DNA of 29,311 nt from Candidatus Iainarchaeum sp. (GCA_028710695.1 JAQTTP010000009.1:1-29311), one strand, 5' to 3'. Counted from the stretch's first letter, positions 7,562-18,056 are shown. A program made the numbers and translations. Notes: generated from the sequence alone by a model not told the origin.

Positions 7562-8116
7562 ATGGTTATGATGAATATAGATGTGTGGTTGTTCCAGGCA
7601 ATAAATGGGCTTGCTGGCAAAAGCGTTTTCTGGGATAACTTTATGTACTATTTTTCAATAATTTCTCCATACCTGTTTGTTATTTTGCTGATTTTTGCAT
7701 ATGTTTACTACAAGGATTCAATGATCTTTGTAAAGGCTTTATTTGTGATTGGGCTGTGTTTTTTGTTTAAAGGGCTTTTGGGGTTATTTTTCTTTAGAGA
7801 CAGGCCTTTTGTAGCTTTAAAAAATGTTAATTTTATTGGAAATCATGATCCTACAAGTTCAATGCCGAGTGGGCATACAATGTTTTCTTTTGGTGCTTTT
7901 TTCCCAACTTTGGAGTTTAAGAACTGGCTTACTTGGTTAATGCTTTTTTTAGCAATTCTGACTGCATTTTCAAGAGTATATTTGGGTTACCATTATCCTT
8001 CTGATATACTTGTGGGAATATTAGTCTCTGGGTTTTTCTACTTGGTAGTTTACTATATTTTTGAGCATCCATTTGTGAAGAAGAAGATAGATAAGATAAG
8101 AAACAAATATAAATAA
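7562..8116 (+). CDS. PAP2-family membrane phosphatase
   Basis: FFRDRPF, SSMPSGHTMFSFG, SRVYLGYHYPSD catalytic motifs and multiple TM segments. Confidence 0.95.
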   Translation: MVMMNIDVWLFQAINGLAGKSVFWDNFMYYFSIISPYLFVILLIFAYVYYKDSMIFVKALFVIGLCFLFKGLLGLFFFRDRPFVALKNVNFIGNHDPTSSMPSGHTMFSFGAFFPTLEFKNWLTWLMLFLAILTAFSRVYLGYHYPSDILVGILVSGFFYLVVYYIFEHPFVKKKIDKIRNKYK

Positions 8117-8169
8117 ATATAACTATCTTATACTGAGTACCTTGACAATAAAGTAAAAAGTGAAGTATT

Positions 8170-9942
8170 ATGGTGGATTATAAATTTGAAGAAAACAGTA
8201 ATGATTTCTCTAATTATGGGCTTGGAGAGGACGAGCCACAAAAACCAAAAACAGATTATATGGGCATTTTTAAAAAATATTACAAATACCTGGTTGTGGT
8301 TGTAATACTTTGTGTTGTAATTTATCTTGGATATTATTTGTTTTTTGCAAATAGAGCAGAGGTTTCTTTTTCAGTAACTAACTTTGCTGATACATCACAA
8401 TATTCCTCAATAATTATTTACAAAGATAACAAAGTTTATGAAACTGTGGGAGTGGGCGATTTAATTAAACTTAAGTATGGTGAATATCAAGTTGAACTTG
8501 ACGGCTTGAAAGAAAATGCTTACTTACCTGTATATCAAAAAATAATTACGGTTGACGAGTATAGCGCAGGACAAACATATTCTATTTATGTTTACCCGGA
8601 TTGGGTTGGAAAAATATCTTCTTTCTCTGCAACGATCCCTGAAACAGTATACATTGGCGGGAATTTAGAAATAACTGTAAAAATTGATTATTCTGATGCT
8701 GAGAAAGCAATAACTATATTGGGCTCTGGAGATTTGAAAGATAGAGTAGAGGAAATAGTTTCTCTAAAGAAAGGTATGAACGAGTTTAAAATAAATGTTG
8801 AATTGCCAAGCGATAAAACAAGCTTTTCTGGTGGGATTTATATTGATGGTGTAAGTGACAAAGACACAAAGTATGGAAAAAAGTTTACTGGTGTTACTTT
8901 AAAGAAAGCACCAAATGTAAATATTCCAAACTTGAAATCATTTGGAAGTATTTCTGCAGGGACTAGCAAAGAAATAGATCTTGTAATAAAAAACCAGAGT
9001 AATGAAACAATAAAGGACGTACAAGTTAGCTTAGAAAGCATAGATACTGCGGGAGATCTGACTGTAGACACAGTAAAAGACTGGATTGTATTTCCCCAGA
9101 AGTTTGATATTGAACCACAAAAACAAGCAACTAAAAAAATTACTTTGAATTTGCCTATTGATGCTTCAAATACAAAGATTACTTTTAATTTTAAAATCTC
9201 TAATAATTTCTTGAATAAAACTGCAGTTTCTGATGTAGAAGTAAAACAAGCAGACATTGCTTTTGAAGATAGTATGGACTTGGGAACAATAATGGCTGGC
9301 CAAACAAAGAATCAGCTAATCACTGTGAAAAATAATACTAATTATGGAATTACCTTGACTTTGGCAGTTGATTCTTCTACAGCAATAAATAATGCGAATT
9401 CGGAATCCTGGGTGAGTCTTATAGATAAACAAAAGGATATTGCTGGAAATGATGAAACATCCTTTGCAGTAGAGATAAAGCCAATTTTGACTGCTAAGAA
9501 TGATAATATTGAATTAGTTCTTACTCTGTCAAATAATTTCTTTTCAAAAGAGATAAAAATGAATTATAAACTTGAGGAAATAGACTTCGGGTTTAATATT
9601 GGGCTTGCAGAGAAATTCACTTTGCAAAAATATACTGAAGACTATGTTGAAAAGTTTAAAAAAATAAATGATTTTGTTTCTTTAAATAATACTGGTTCTA
9701 TTGGCTTTACTATTGACACCCTTTATACAAACGTAGAATGTAAAAAATTTATGACAATTACTTTACCAACAGATAAGGTAGTGCCATCAAAAGCAGAAAT
9801 AAAATATCCAATAGCAGTGTCATCAATAAATCTTAATATTCCAGAAGCAACACCTTGTTATATGTATGTTGATTATATTAACCCTTTAACTGGTATAAAG
9901 GACACAAAATCCAAAGCATTTATTGTTGAACGTAGTAGCTAA
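8170..9942 (+). CDS. single-pass membrane protein with a large extracytoplasmic region of Ig-/NEW3-like beta domains
   Basis: N-terminal TM 'YLVVVVILCVVIYLGYYLFF' followed by repeated beta-rich segments ('SAGTSKEIDLVIKNQSNETIKDVQVSLE', 'MAGQTKNQLITVKNNTNYGITLTL'). Confidence 0.8.
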   Translation: MVDYKFEENSNDFSNYGLGEDEPQKPKTDYMGIFKKYYKYLVVVVILCVVIYLGYYLFFANRAEVSFSVTNFADTSQYSSIIIYKDNKVYETVGVGDLIKLKYGEYQVELDGLKENAYLPVYQKIITVDEYSAGQTYSIYVYPDWVGKISSFSATIPETVYIGGNLEITVKIDYSDAEKAITILGSGDLKDRVEEIVSLKKGMNEFKINVELPSDKTSFSGGIYIDGVSDKDTKYGKKFTGVTLKKAPNVNIPNLKSFGSISAGTSKEIDLVIKNQSNETIKDVQVSLESIDTAGDLTVDTVKDWIVFPQKFDIEPQKQATKKITLNLPIDASNTKITFNFKISNNFLNKTAVSDVEVKQADIAFEDSMDLGTIMAGQTKNQLITVKNNTNYGITLTLAVDSSTAINNANSESWVSLIDKQKDIAGNDETSFAVEIKPILTAKNDNIELVLTLSNNFFSKEIKMNYKLEEIDFGFNIGLAEKFTLQKYTEDYVEKFKKINDFVSLNNTGSIGFTIDTLYTNVECKKFMTITLPTDKVVPSKAEIKYPIAVSSINLNIPEATPCYMYVDYINPLTGIKDTKSKAFIVERSS

Positions 9943-9945
9943 GAG

Positions 9946-11049
9946 ATGATAATTATGCCCGGAGAGAACGAAGAAGTAATTATTCAAAGTATTAAGAAAC
10001 TTTTAAGCCTAAAGCTTACTGATGATGAAATTATTGAGAATCTTCTTGATGCTGGATTAGAAGAAGATTATGCCCGAGATATATTGGCATCAATTAAGAA
10101 AGAAAAGGAAGTATCAAAAGAGAAAACAGCCCCCACTAAAACCAAGGTCCCTACCAGCAAAGATGATAATGTTTGGGATGAGGGTGTTTTAAGTGTTATA
10201 AATCAGAAATTAGAAGAAATTAGTGAAAAAGAAAGAAATATTGGGCAAGCAATAAAGAAAGAAACACAGGTAATAGTTGAAAAAGAATTGGAGAAGATAA
10301 AAGTTGTATTGGACTCGCAAAGAATTTTACTTGTAAATAAAGTAAACAGTGCAGTAAGTGATACTACTGCTGGTGCAAATAAGAAGATAGAAGATTCTCT
10401 TAAGGAAATTGTTGAATTTGAAGAAAGAATAAACAAGAAATCAGACGAATTGCTGATGAATTATAAGCTTTTGAAGGAGCTTCAAGATTCTATTTCAAAG
10501 CAGGTGGAAGAGTTCCCACGCCTAAAAGAAGAACTATTTGCTAAATTTGAAAAAGATGCAAGCAAATACCAAAATAATTATGATGCTTTACTGGAAAAAT
10601 ATGATGAGAAATTCAAAGACATTGATAATAAACTTAACAATACAATGAGCCTGGCAACGAAGATTGTTGAGGGGCTGGTTGAAACCGGGAAAAAGAAGAT
10701 TGATGATATTGCAAAAAGCAAAAATAAGGAAGAAGTAAGTGGAATATCAGACAAAATTAAAGAGTTTGAGGTCACAAAATCAAAGATGATAAAAGAGATT
10801 GCAAAAATCGAAGAAATTAGAGAAGAATATGAGAAAAAACGCGGGGAAGACATAAAGCAAGCAGTTAAAATGTATTTGGATCAGAATATGGCAGGGATCT
10901 TGAAATCTGCTAAACAGAAGGAAGATACTGAAGGCCAAGAAGTATTTAAGGAGCAGATAGGAAATTTGGTAAAAAAGCTTCAGAGAGATGTAGAAGAATT
11001 GAAATCTCCAAAGAAAGTAGCCCCCAAGGCAAAAGTAACGAAAAAGTAA
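9946..11049 (+). CDS. coiled-coil protein with N-terminal UBA-like helical segment
   Basis: 'IQSIKKLLSLKLTDDEIIENLLDAGLEEDYARDILASIKKE' followed by long heptad-rich K/E helices. Confidence 0.75.
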   Translation: MIIMPGENEEVIIQSIKKLLSLKLTDDEIIENLLDAGLEEDYARDILASIKKEKEVSKEKTAPTKTKVPTSKDDNVWDEGVLSVINQKLEEISEKERNIGQAIKKETQVIVEKELEKIKVVLDSQRILLVNKVNSAVSDTTAGANKKIEDSLKEIVEFEERINKKSDELLMNYKLLKELQDSISKQVEEFPRLKEELFAKFEKDASKYQNNYDALLEKYDEKFKDIDNKLNNTMSLATKIVEGLVETGKKKIDDIAKSKNKEEVSGISDKIKEFEVTKSKMIKEIAKIEEIREEYEKKRGEDIKQAVKMYLDQNMAGILKSAKQKEDTEGQEVFKEQIGNLVKKLQRDVEELKSPKKVAPKAKVTKK

Positions 11050-11070
11050 AGTAAGAATGATGTGATTTTT

Positions 11071-11805
11071 ATGGTTCTTAAGTTAATGTGCCCAAAGTGC
11101 GGCAGACAGGTAAAGAAGGAAGAGTTTTTGGGTAAAATATGTAGGGTGTGCTTTGAAGAGCAGAACCCAGAGCCTATGACTCTAAAAATAAGTTCTATTC
11201 CTCTATGTACTAATTGTGGAAAAATCTATGGGCACAAATGGCTTCCTAGGAAGCAAACCTGGGATGTAATAAAATCTAATATAAAATTTAGCCAAGATAA
11301 TTTATACGTAATTTCGTATACTTTAAAAGATATAATCATGAGTGGGCGACAAGGAGTTCAAGTAAATATAAGGTATTATTACAAACACGGCGGAAAGAAA
11401 ATTGTAAAAACTTTTTCTAAAGCCTTGTTCCTGAAGACAACGACCTGCCCAGTATGTGGAAAGATAAAAGGGAACTACCATGAGGCAATAATCCAGATAA
11501 GGTACGAAGGAAAAGAAGAGCCTAAAGGAGTATGGACGCTTATAGAACAAACAATAAGGCCTTATGAGGAAGAAAATACTATTGCAATACAAGATAAAGG
11601 ATACTTAAAAACTGGGGGCTATGACCTGAATATTACTTTAAAAACCATAGCGAATACAATTGTAAAGAACCTGAGAAATGCCTTTCAGCCAGAATACAAG
11701 ATTAGTCACAGGCTTGTTGGATTTGATATGCCTGCAAGTAAGAAGAAGTATAAAACCACTTATATGCTTAGATTTAAGCCAAAACAAGAAGCTGAAAGCT
11801 TATAA
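11071..11805 (+). CDS. nmd3: NMD3 family protein (archaeal homolog of the eukaryotic 60S export adaptor)
   Basis: Four CxxC knuckles: CPKCGR, CRVCFE, CTNCGKIYGHKW, CPVCGKIKGNYHEAIIQIR; 'AFQPEYKISHRLVGFDMPASKKKYKTTYMLRF'. Track start 11062 is a GTG; ATG at 11071 preferred. Confidence 0.88.
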   Translation: MVLKLMCPKCGRQVKKEEFLGKICRVCFEEQNPEPMTLKISSIPLCTNCGKIYGHKWLPRKQTWDVIKSNIKFSQDNLYVISYTLKDIIMSGRQGVQVNIRYYYKHGGKKIVKTFSKALFLKTTTCPVCGKIKGNYHEAIIQIRYEGKEEPKGVWTLIEQTIRPYEEENTIAIQDKGYLKTGGYDLNITLKTIANTIVKNLRNAFQPEYKISHRLVGFDMPASKKKYKTTYMLRFKPKQEAESL

Positions 11806-11842
11806 AATGTAATAATTTATATTTATTATGAGAGGATTCGCG

Positions 11843-13618
11843 ATGAACTATAGAAATGTAATCTATATCTTTGGATTAATGTTCTTTTTTGGTGTTGTTT
11901 TTGGAACAAGTATGTTGGGTGTTACAAGTTATAATGACCCATATTCTTTTTGTGTGAACAGTATTGGTTCTAATCCAGAGGGAATTGATTGTAAAAAATA
12001 CCTTTCTCAGTCTGAGAGCTTAGAGAAGTATATGAATTTTGCTTACAACCCAGAGATAGACGATAGCAAATATTTAGATTGTTTATTTTCAGAAAAGAAA
12101 AACACCCTTGATTTTGTAAAAATGAAGGATATTTGCCTGAAAAAAATCGTTAGTGATAATCAGGTAAAGAAGCAGTTAGATTTGTTTAAGGTAAATTGTA
12201 CAACAAACTATAACCCTCTTGAAGGTGCTCTTGAAGCAGGTAAGTCATTTAAATTAGAAGTGAATTGTAAGGGTGTTGTGCCAGCAACTTGTTATAATTT
12301 GGATGTAAATTTTGATCAAAGCGATTTGGGGTTTGGATTTGATACTTATAGAATTATCCCAATAATAAACAAAGGAGAATCTTGCCTAGATTATGCTGTG
12401 TTTAGATTCTTGAAGAAGGAATATGATATTACTCCTAAATCAGGGTCTCTAATAGTTAATGTGGAACAACCAACAATTATTTCTTCCACAGGGGCTGAAT
12501 TAGATTACTCGTCTTTAATAGATACAAGTAAAACAGAAAGTGAAATAAATTTGCTTTCTGCACCTGAGAAAGAGTACTACTCTTGTCTTTCTAAGTATGC
12601 TTTGTTTTCTAAGAAAACAGAAAGCAAAATAGAAATTCCGGATAATGGAAAGATAACTGTTGCAAGTTATGCAGATCTTAGAAAGAATTGTGCTGATAAG
12701 GTGCTTTATGCTACTAAGGTAAACATGGAACCTTTGCTTAAGTCAAAAGAGATAGTAAAAAAGAACATGGTATTCCTTCTGAAGAATGTGGCTTATATAG
12801 ACCCTAATACTGATTTGGATAAATTGATTAACAGCCTTGATTACTACTATAAAATTTATGAAACTAATATGAAAATAACTGAGAACCCTGACATGTCAAA
12901 AGTTAAATTTATTCTTGATCTGACATATGTCCTAGATTGCTATATTTTGAAGAAGCAGCAGCTAAGCAAGAGTGAAATGCAACAGTATGATACAGAACTT
13001 TTGAATACTCTTGAAATTAATATTTATGACCGATTGTATAGTAAAAAGAACAGAGAGCCAACAATAAAGGAATTTATTGCCGAGATAAATGACCTTCTGG
13101 GTGTTGGAGAATATGCAAGCATAAAGGATTCTGTTATTACTAGTTTTGTGATAAGCAAATTCCAGAACTCAATAGACACAAACGAGAACATAGAAATCTC
13201 CGCAACAAAGGACTACTTCTTTGTAGAAGGGGTAAAGCTATCTGCTGAGTTTAAGAATCTGAAGATTACAAACTATGACTTTAATCTTTCTGATGGTTTG
13301 ATTGCAATAACTTCTGGGAAGAATACAGTTTACTCAGAACTTCCTGTAAAGCTTGTAAATGGAAAGGACTTGTATATTGATGAAATAAAGGTAACTTGGT
13401 TGAAGGATGATGTGGTTGATCCTGCATCAGTAAAGTCTTATAACATAACTGTAAGCAAGGAAAGTGGCCATATCTTATATCTTGTAGAGAAAGCAGAGAC
13501 TAAGAAGCTACTTGGATTCATTACTATCCAGGAAGTTATAACTGATGTCTATAATGCAGAAACAGGACTTAAGATTAAGGTAAAGAAACCATGGTGGGAC
13601 TTCATGGTTACTGGGTGA
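11843..13618 (+). CDS. large Cys-containing secreted or membrane-anchored protein of unknown function
   Basis: N-terminal hydrophobic segment 'VIYIFGLMFFFGVVFGTSMLGV', then extracytoplasmic-looking sequence with N-x-S/T sites; GAGAGG before ATG 11843. Confidence 0.75.
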   Translation: MNYRNVIYIFGLMFFFGVVFGTSMLGVTSYNDPYSFCVNSIGSNPEGIDCKKYLSQSESLEKYMNFAYNPEIDDSKYLDCLFSEKKNTLDFVKMKDICLKKIVSDNQVKKQLDLFKVNCTTNYNPLEGALEAGKSFKLEVNCKGVVPATCYNLDVNFDQSDLGFGFDTYRIIPIINKGESCLDYAVFRFLKKEYDITPKSGSLIVNVEQPTIISSTGAELDYSSLIDTSKTESEINLLSAPEKEYYSCLSKYALFSKKTESKIEIPDNGKITVASYADLRKNCADKVLYATKVNMEPLLKSKEIVKKNMVFLLKNVAYIDPNTDLDKLINSLDYYYKIYETNMKITENPDMSKVKFILDLTYVLDCYILKKQQLSKSEMQQYDTELLNTLEINIYDRLYSKKNREPTIKEFIAEINDLLGVGEYASIKDSVITSFVISKFQNSIDTNENIEISATKDYFFVEGVKLSAEFKNLKITNYDFNLSDGLIAITSGKNTVYSELPVKLVNGKDLYIDEIKVTWLKDDVVDPASVKSYNITVSKESGHILYLVEKAETKKLLGFITIQEVITDVYNAETGLKIKVKKPWWDFMVTG

Positions 13619-13625
13619 TATTTAT

Positions 13626-13922
13626 ATGGTTTCATATAATGGAAAATGGTCTTTAGGCCTTGGAATTGCTAGTATTATTTTTTTTGTTCTTGGTTATCTT
13701 GGCCCCTCGATTGGATTCCATCCAAGTAATTTTTTGGAGTTGCTGTCGGGCCGTTGGCCATTTTTTGTAGTCTTTATTTTAAGCTTTGTTTCGGTTGGAA
13801 CTAGCTTATTAGCAATTATTAAAGATAAAGATAGATTTGTATTTTTGTATATTGTTGGTATTATTAATTTATTGATTTTTTTACTTGTGCTTATCAATTT
13901 TATAAATTATATTAATTGGTAA
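13626..13922 (+). CDS. small polytopic membrane protein
   Basis: Three hydrophobic segments; 8 nt downstream of the previous CDS. Confidence 0.7.
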   Translation: MVSYNGKWSLGLGIASIIFFVLGYLGPSIGFHPSNFLELLSGRWPFFVVFILSFVSVGTSLLAIIKDKDRFVFLYIVGIINLLIFLLVLINFINYINW

Positions 13923-13961
13923 CTGCATAAGAATTAATATTTTTTGGTGCCTATTTTAAGT

Positions 13962-14909
13962 ATGGTAATGAAGGAAATAGTTGCTAAGCATATCCTTACT
14001 AAATCTAATCTGCCGGACTCTGATTTTGTTATTAATCCTTATACTGGATGTACTCACGCCTGTATCTATTGCTATGCGCGGTTTATGAAAAGATTTACTA
14101 ATCACCCTGAAGAGTGGGGCAAGTTTATAGATGTGAAAATTAATGCCCCTGAACTTGTGAGCAGGGATATGCAAAAGTATAAGGGAGAATTTATTACTAT
14201 TGGGTCTGTTACTGATCCTTATAATCCCGCCGAACGCAAATATAAAATCACAAGGCAGATTCTTGAGAAGCTCTTGCCTTATCAGCCAGAGTTTGATATT
14301 CTTACAAAATCTAATCTTGTATTGCGAGATCTGGATCTTCTGAAGAAGTTTAAGAAGCTTATAGTTGCCATTTCTCTTTCCACTCTTGATCCCAATATCT
14401 CCAAGCAAACAGAACCTTTTGCATATCTTCCTGCCGAACGTATTAATATCTTAAAATCACTTCACAAAGAAGGAATACACACTGCTTTATTTATTTCTCC
14501 AATATTTCCTTATATTACTGACTGGAAAGCCGTCATCCTGAAGACAAAAGGATTTGTAGATGAGTATTGGTTTGAGAATCTTAATCTTTATCCTTCTATA
14601 AGAGGTAATATATTATCATTTTTAGAGTCAAAAGATTGGGGGCTTATAGACAAATACAGAAAGATCTATTCTCCTATAAGCACTTACTGGGAAGATATGG
14701 AAAAAGAGATAAAGGCTTTTTGTAAAGAACAAAAAGTGAAAGGGACTGTTTATTTTCATCATAATGTAAGCAAAAAACCAGTTTTTGAAACTGAGTTAGT
14801 TATAAGGAAAATAAATCAAATAGAAGCAGAAATAAAGGCCGGAAAGAGAAAGCTTGTGGGTAGAGAAGAGGCATTTAAAGAATATCCTGAACTCAAGGGA
14901 TTACTTTAA
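13962..14909 (+). CDS. radical SAM protein, SplB-like
   Basis: NPYTGCTHACIYCYARF (Cx3Cx2C), 'ITIGSVTDPYNPAERKYKITRQILEKLL', 'VAISLSTLDPNISKQTEPFAYLPAERINILKSLHKEGI'. Track start 13944 is a TTG. Confidence 0.9.
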   Translation: MVMKEIVAKHILTKSNLPDSDFVINPYTGCTHACIYCYARFMKRFTNHPEEWGKFIDVKINAPELVSRDMQKYKGEFITIGSVTDPYNPAERKYKITRQILEKLLPYQPEFDILTKSNLVLRDLDLLKKFKKLIVAISLSTLDPNISKQTEPFAYLPAERINILKSLHKEGIHTALFISPIFPYITDWKAVILKTKGFVDEYWFENLNLYPSIRGNILSFLESKDWGLIDKYRKIYSPISTYWEDMEKEIKAFCKEQKVKGTVYFHHNVSKKPVFETELVIRKINQIEAEIKAGKRKLVGREEAFKEYPELKGLL

Positions 14910-14925
14910 AATAAAAAAAAGGGGA

Positions 14926-14962
14926 AGAGGCCGGAGCCTCTATGGTCTAAATCATTGATTTA
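14926..14962. terminator. two adjacent hairpins between convergent genes, putative bidirectional terminator
   Basis: AGAGGC-CGGA-GCCTCT (14926-14941) and TAAATC-ATT-GATTTA (14948-14962). Confidence 0.5.
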
Positions 14963-14970
14963 AGATTTCA

Positions 14971-17109
14971 TTAATTTTGTAGCTTTGCCTGTGTTGAACC
15001 GTTGTTTTCTTCATCATTCGCATTGTCTTCGTTCTTTCTCTGATTTGAGAAAACTGCCAATAGAACAATCAGAACAACTATAATTATTCCAATTATTATT
15101 CCTATTGTGCTACCGATTCCTAATCCGAACAAACCAGTTGTTGTGAATTCTGGATTTGGCTCAGCCATTATGTCATATGTGTTTACCTTGTTGCTGTTTG
15201 TTTCTATTGTTAACTTAACTTGCTTCTTGTCTGTTCCTTCTAGGTAAAGAGGAACTTCAATGTCTTTAGCTGTGTTTGAAGCAATAGTTGTTGTTATGAA
15301 TGTGTTTGCATCAAAGTAAACCTTTGCATCAACTATGTCTACTGTGTTGTTGTTTGTTACCTTTACTGGAACCATAGTTGTTTCGTTTGGTATGAAGTAA
15401 ACCTTCTCTGGCAACTCTAGTTCTAATGGAAGAATCTCTGTTGCTGTTGGTAATACTTTCAAGTAAATTGGGCTCTTAAAAGTTCCCATTTCTGTCTGTG
15501 TTACCAAGTTCATTGAGTACTCTCCAGTTAATGCGTTTGTAACGTATACTGGAACATCAACTGTTTTCTTCTCTTTAGGTGCTAAAGTTACTGATTTAGT
15601 TACTGAAATTATTGAACCAGTTCCTGTTTCTACGAATAGTGATACAGTTATAGAAACATCGTATGGGTTCTCTAAATCTGTAGTAACGTTGAAGCTACTA
15701 TCTTTCTCTGCACTTATCTTTGAGTTGTACTTTGTGATAAATGCTGGGCTAGCAAAGAATCCTGTTGAGTTGTAGTAAACGTCTTTTGTGTAGTATTCTG
15801 TGCTATTCTTTAAGATCAATTTGTAGCTCTTCACTCCAACTGATTTTGGAATTATGAAAACGTTTAGGTTAGCTGTAACTCCTTTATCAACAACTAATTC
15901 AGCTACGCTTGGATAAACCATGTCGTCGCCAGAGTACTCAATTAATACTTGTAAAGTTTTCTTTGCTGTGCTGTTGTTCTTTACAGTTATTACTTGTGCA
16001 TTCTTTAAAGTTGTTTTTGCTGATATTGGCTCGTAACCTATTTCAACGCTTGCGTTTACAACGTTGAATGATATTGTTTCTTCTAATGTTTGCTTAGCGC
16101 TGTAAGCTTTAATTTTTAGAGAGTGTGAACCAGATAATGTGTTGTCGTTAGTTCCTACTGTTATTGTGTTGCTTGCTCCTGAGTTTGCTTCAACAACTAA
16201 ATCGTTGTTTAATTGTGATACTACATAGTCTCCGCCAACATTGTCGTAAGCTAATTGAACTAATACATCTTCGTCTGAATCATTGTAAATGTAGTATGTA
16301 AAGTCTTTATTTTGACCTTTAACTACTGATCCAATTCCACTAACTGATAGCTCTAAAGCGTGGCTTAGGCAGTCAGTTACTGTTAATGTTAGATCCTTTC
16401 TAAAGTACTCATTTCCTTCGCCTTGGATTGAAATGTCGTTTTCAACTTGTAAAACGTACTCTCCGATTGTTACATCTTTATTGAAGGATACTTTTACTTT
16501 AGTTTCTTTGTTGTCTTCTAAAAGCAAAGCGTCTGCATGAACTTTAGGCCAAAGTAAATCTGAAGTTACCTTTGGATCTATAAAAACCTTGTGACCTGTG
16601 TCGTTATTGAATATCACATAAGTCTCTAAAGGATCGTTCTTACAGAAAGTGTCTTTCTCTAGGCTTATGTCAAAGTCTTCGAAATCGCTCACAGTTATTT
16701 TTATTTCTTTAGTAATATGATCAAATTCTGTATGGAATTCGAAAAATAAACTATACTCGTCTGAAGGAGTATCTTCATTTATTGTAACTTTGTAAGTTAA
16801 TTCCTTTGAATCTGTTTTATCTACATCTATGTATTTTGAAGAAAATGTTGGATCAAAGTATTCCATTTCATCTTCATCGTCAAACTTTATTTGACTTAAG
16901 ATTTGTAGATCTTTATCAGTACAGTTTTTCACCAAAAACTCTACTTCTATTGTGTGTCCTCTTTCTACATTGTATGTGTTTTGTGCTAATGATACTGTTA
17001 AGCTGTCTGAAAACATACAACTGAAGTTTGGCCATTCAAATGCGAAAGCGAAACCGCTTACTAGCAAAATTCCTGCCAACACAAACAAAATATTTTTTAC
17101 GAAATTCAT
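14971..17109 (-). CDS. large cell-surface protein: signal peptide, several Ig-/NEW3-like repeats, C-terminal TM anchor
   Basis: Hydrophobic N-terminus 'ILFVLAGILLVSGFAFA', repeated beta domains with many N-x-S/T sites, TM 'GIGSTIGIIIGIIIVVLIVLLAVF', short charged tail. Confidence 0.85.
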   Translation of the reverse strand: MNFVKNILFVLAGILLVSGFAFAFEWPNFSCMFSDSLTVSLAQNTYNVERGHTIEVEFLVKNCTDKDLQILSQIKFDDEDEMEYFDPTFSSKYIDVDKTDSKELTYKVTINEDTPSDEYSLFFEFHTEFDHITKEIKITVSDFEDFDISLEKDTFCKNDPLETYVIFNNDTGHKVFIDPKVTSDLLWPKVHADALLLEDNKETKVKVSFNKDVTIGEYVLQVENDISIQGEGNEYFRKDLTLTVTDCLSHALELSVSGIGSVVKGQNKDFTYYIYNDSDEDVLVQLAYDNVGGDYVVSQLNNDLVVEANSGASNTITVGTNDNTLSGSHSLKIKAYSAKQTLEETISFNVVNASVEIGYEPISAKTTLKNAQVITVKNNSTAKKTLQVLIEYSGDDMVYPSVAELVVDKGVTANLNVFIIPKSVGVKSYKLILKNSTEYYTKDVYYNSTGFFASPAFITKYNSKISAEKDSSFNVTTDLENPYDVSITVSLFVETGTGSIISVTKSVTLAPKEKKTVDVPVYVTNALTGEYSMNLVTQTEMGTFKSPIYLKVLPTATEILPLELELPEKVYFIPNETTMVPVKVTNNNTVDIVDAKVYFDANTFITTTIASNTAKDIEVPLYLEGTDKKQVKLTIETNSNKVNTYDIMAEPNPEFTTTGLFGLGIGSTIGIIIGIIIVVLIVLLAVFSNQRKNEDNANDEENNGSTQAKLQN

Positions 17110-17135
17110 AGTTCATTCACCTCTTAATTATAACC

Positions 17136-17945
17136 TCATTTTTTAACAATCGTTTTGCCTAATCTGCCTATAAACATTGTGAATAACACAATTGCTGCAA
17201 GCAATAGCAAAACATCTAAACCAATCATTACCTTGTTGTTTGATAATAGGAAGTATGGATTGAATCCGCTTGATTCTTCCTGATAAGGAACAAGATAAGG
17301 ATCAAATTTTATTATTTCTTTCTTTGTTTTTTGCATATTATCAACAGTATAGGATATTGTTACATCTCCTACGCTTTCGTCCGCATTATCATAGTTAAAT
17401 GGGATTTTTAGAGAGATTTTGCTCTTCTCTAATAGCTTTATGCTATCGCTTTCCTTGTCGCTTGAGTAGGACTCTGGAAAGTTATATTTTATAGCTAAAT
17501 CTAATTTATTCTTACTATTATTTTTTATATCTAATACTAAAATTCCTTTATAGTCTTCGTAGATTATACTTGTGTTTACTTCTATAATGTCGTTCTTTGA
17601 AACGAAAACTTGGAATTTTTGTTTAAAATCTGCTTGTTTTACTACTAACTCTTGCATTCCTTCCTTTGTTGAATCTATATCCGCATAAAGCTTGAAAATC
17701 CAGCTTGAGTTAGGAGTTATTGCTGTAGATTTGTATTCTACTTTGCTTATTGCAATAGTTCCTTCTGCACTAGGAGAAAGATATTCTTCTTTGTCTGGAG
17801 TGTAGAAACAAACTATTTTGTTATTTGTATAAGATAAGTTCTGATTATTACAAAAAAGTTGTTCACTAAAAACTAGCCCACTAAGGAGCACGATGAACAA
17901 AGCCACAATCGGCAATACTTTATAGATATTACTTGTGTAACTCAT
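17136..17945 (-). CDS. membrane-anchored surface protein, same architecture as the downstream 712-aa protein
   Basis: N-terminal signal 'VLPIVALFIVLLSGLVFS', beta-rich ectodomain, C-terminal TM 'VMIGLDVLLLLAAIVLFTMFIG' and basic tail 'KTIVKK'. Confidence 0.8.
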   Translation of the reverse strand: MSYTSNIYKVLPIVALFIVLLSGLVFSEQLFCNNQNLSYTNNKIVCFYTPDKEEYLSPSAEGTIAISKVEYKSTAITPNSSWIFKLYADIDSTKEGMQELVVKQADFKQKFQVFVSKNDIIEVNTSIIYEDYKGILVLDIKNNSKNKLDLAIKYNFPESYSSDKESDSIKLLEKSKISLKIPFNYDNADESVGDVTISYTVDNMQKTKKEIIKFDPYLVPYQEESSGFNPYFLLSNNKVMIGLDVLLLLAAIVLFTMFIGRLGKTIVKK

Positions 17946-17969
17946 AGAATTAATATGGGTAAGGAAAAG

Positions 17970-17977
17970 TTTATAAA
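17970..17977 (-). promoter_or_regulatory. putative TATA box (TTTATAAA), ~25 nt upstream of the start at 17945
   Basis: Spacing fits a leaderless archaeal transcript. Confidence 0.5.
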
Positions 17978-18046
17978 TGGTTGCTTTTGAGTTAAAGAGT
18001 TAAAAAGCCTTATTTTCTTCATGTTTGGGGCTATTTAGACGACAAG

Positions 18047-18056
18047 TTTATATATA
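18047..18056 (+). promoter_or_regulatory. putative TATA box (TTTATATATA) for the 1602-aa surface protein gene
   Basis: About 45 nt upstream of ATG 18098, leaving room for a short leader containing GGGG. Confidence 0.5.

Noticed and set aside
14971-17109. Plus-strand ORFs 16806..17024 and other small frames in the surface-protein region
   Set aside because: No recognisable motif, and composition typical of out-of-frame translation of AT-rich coding DNA.
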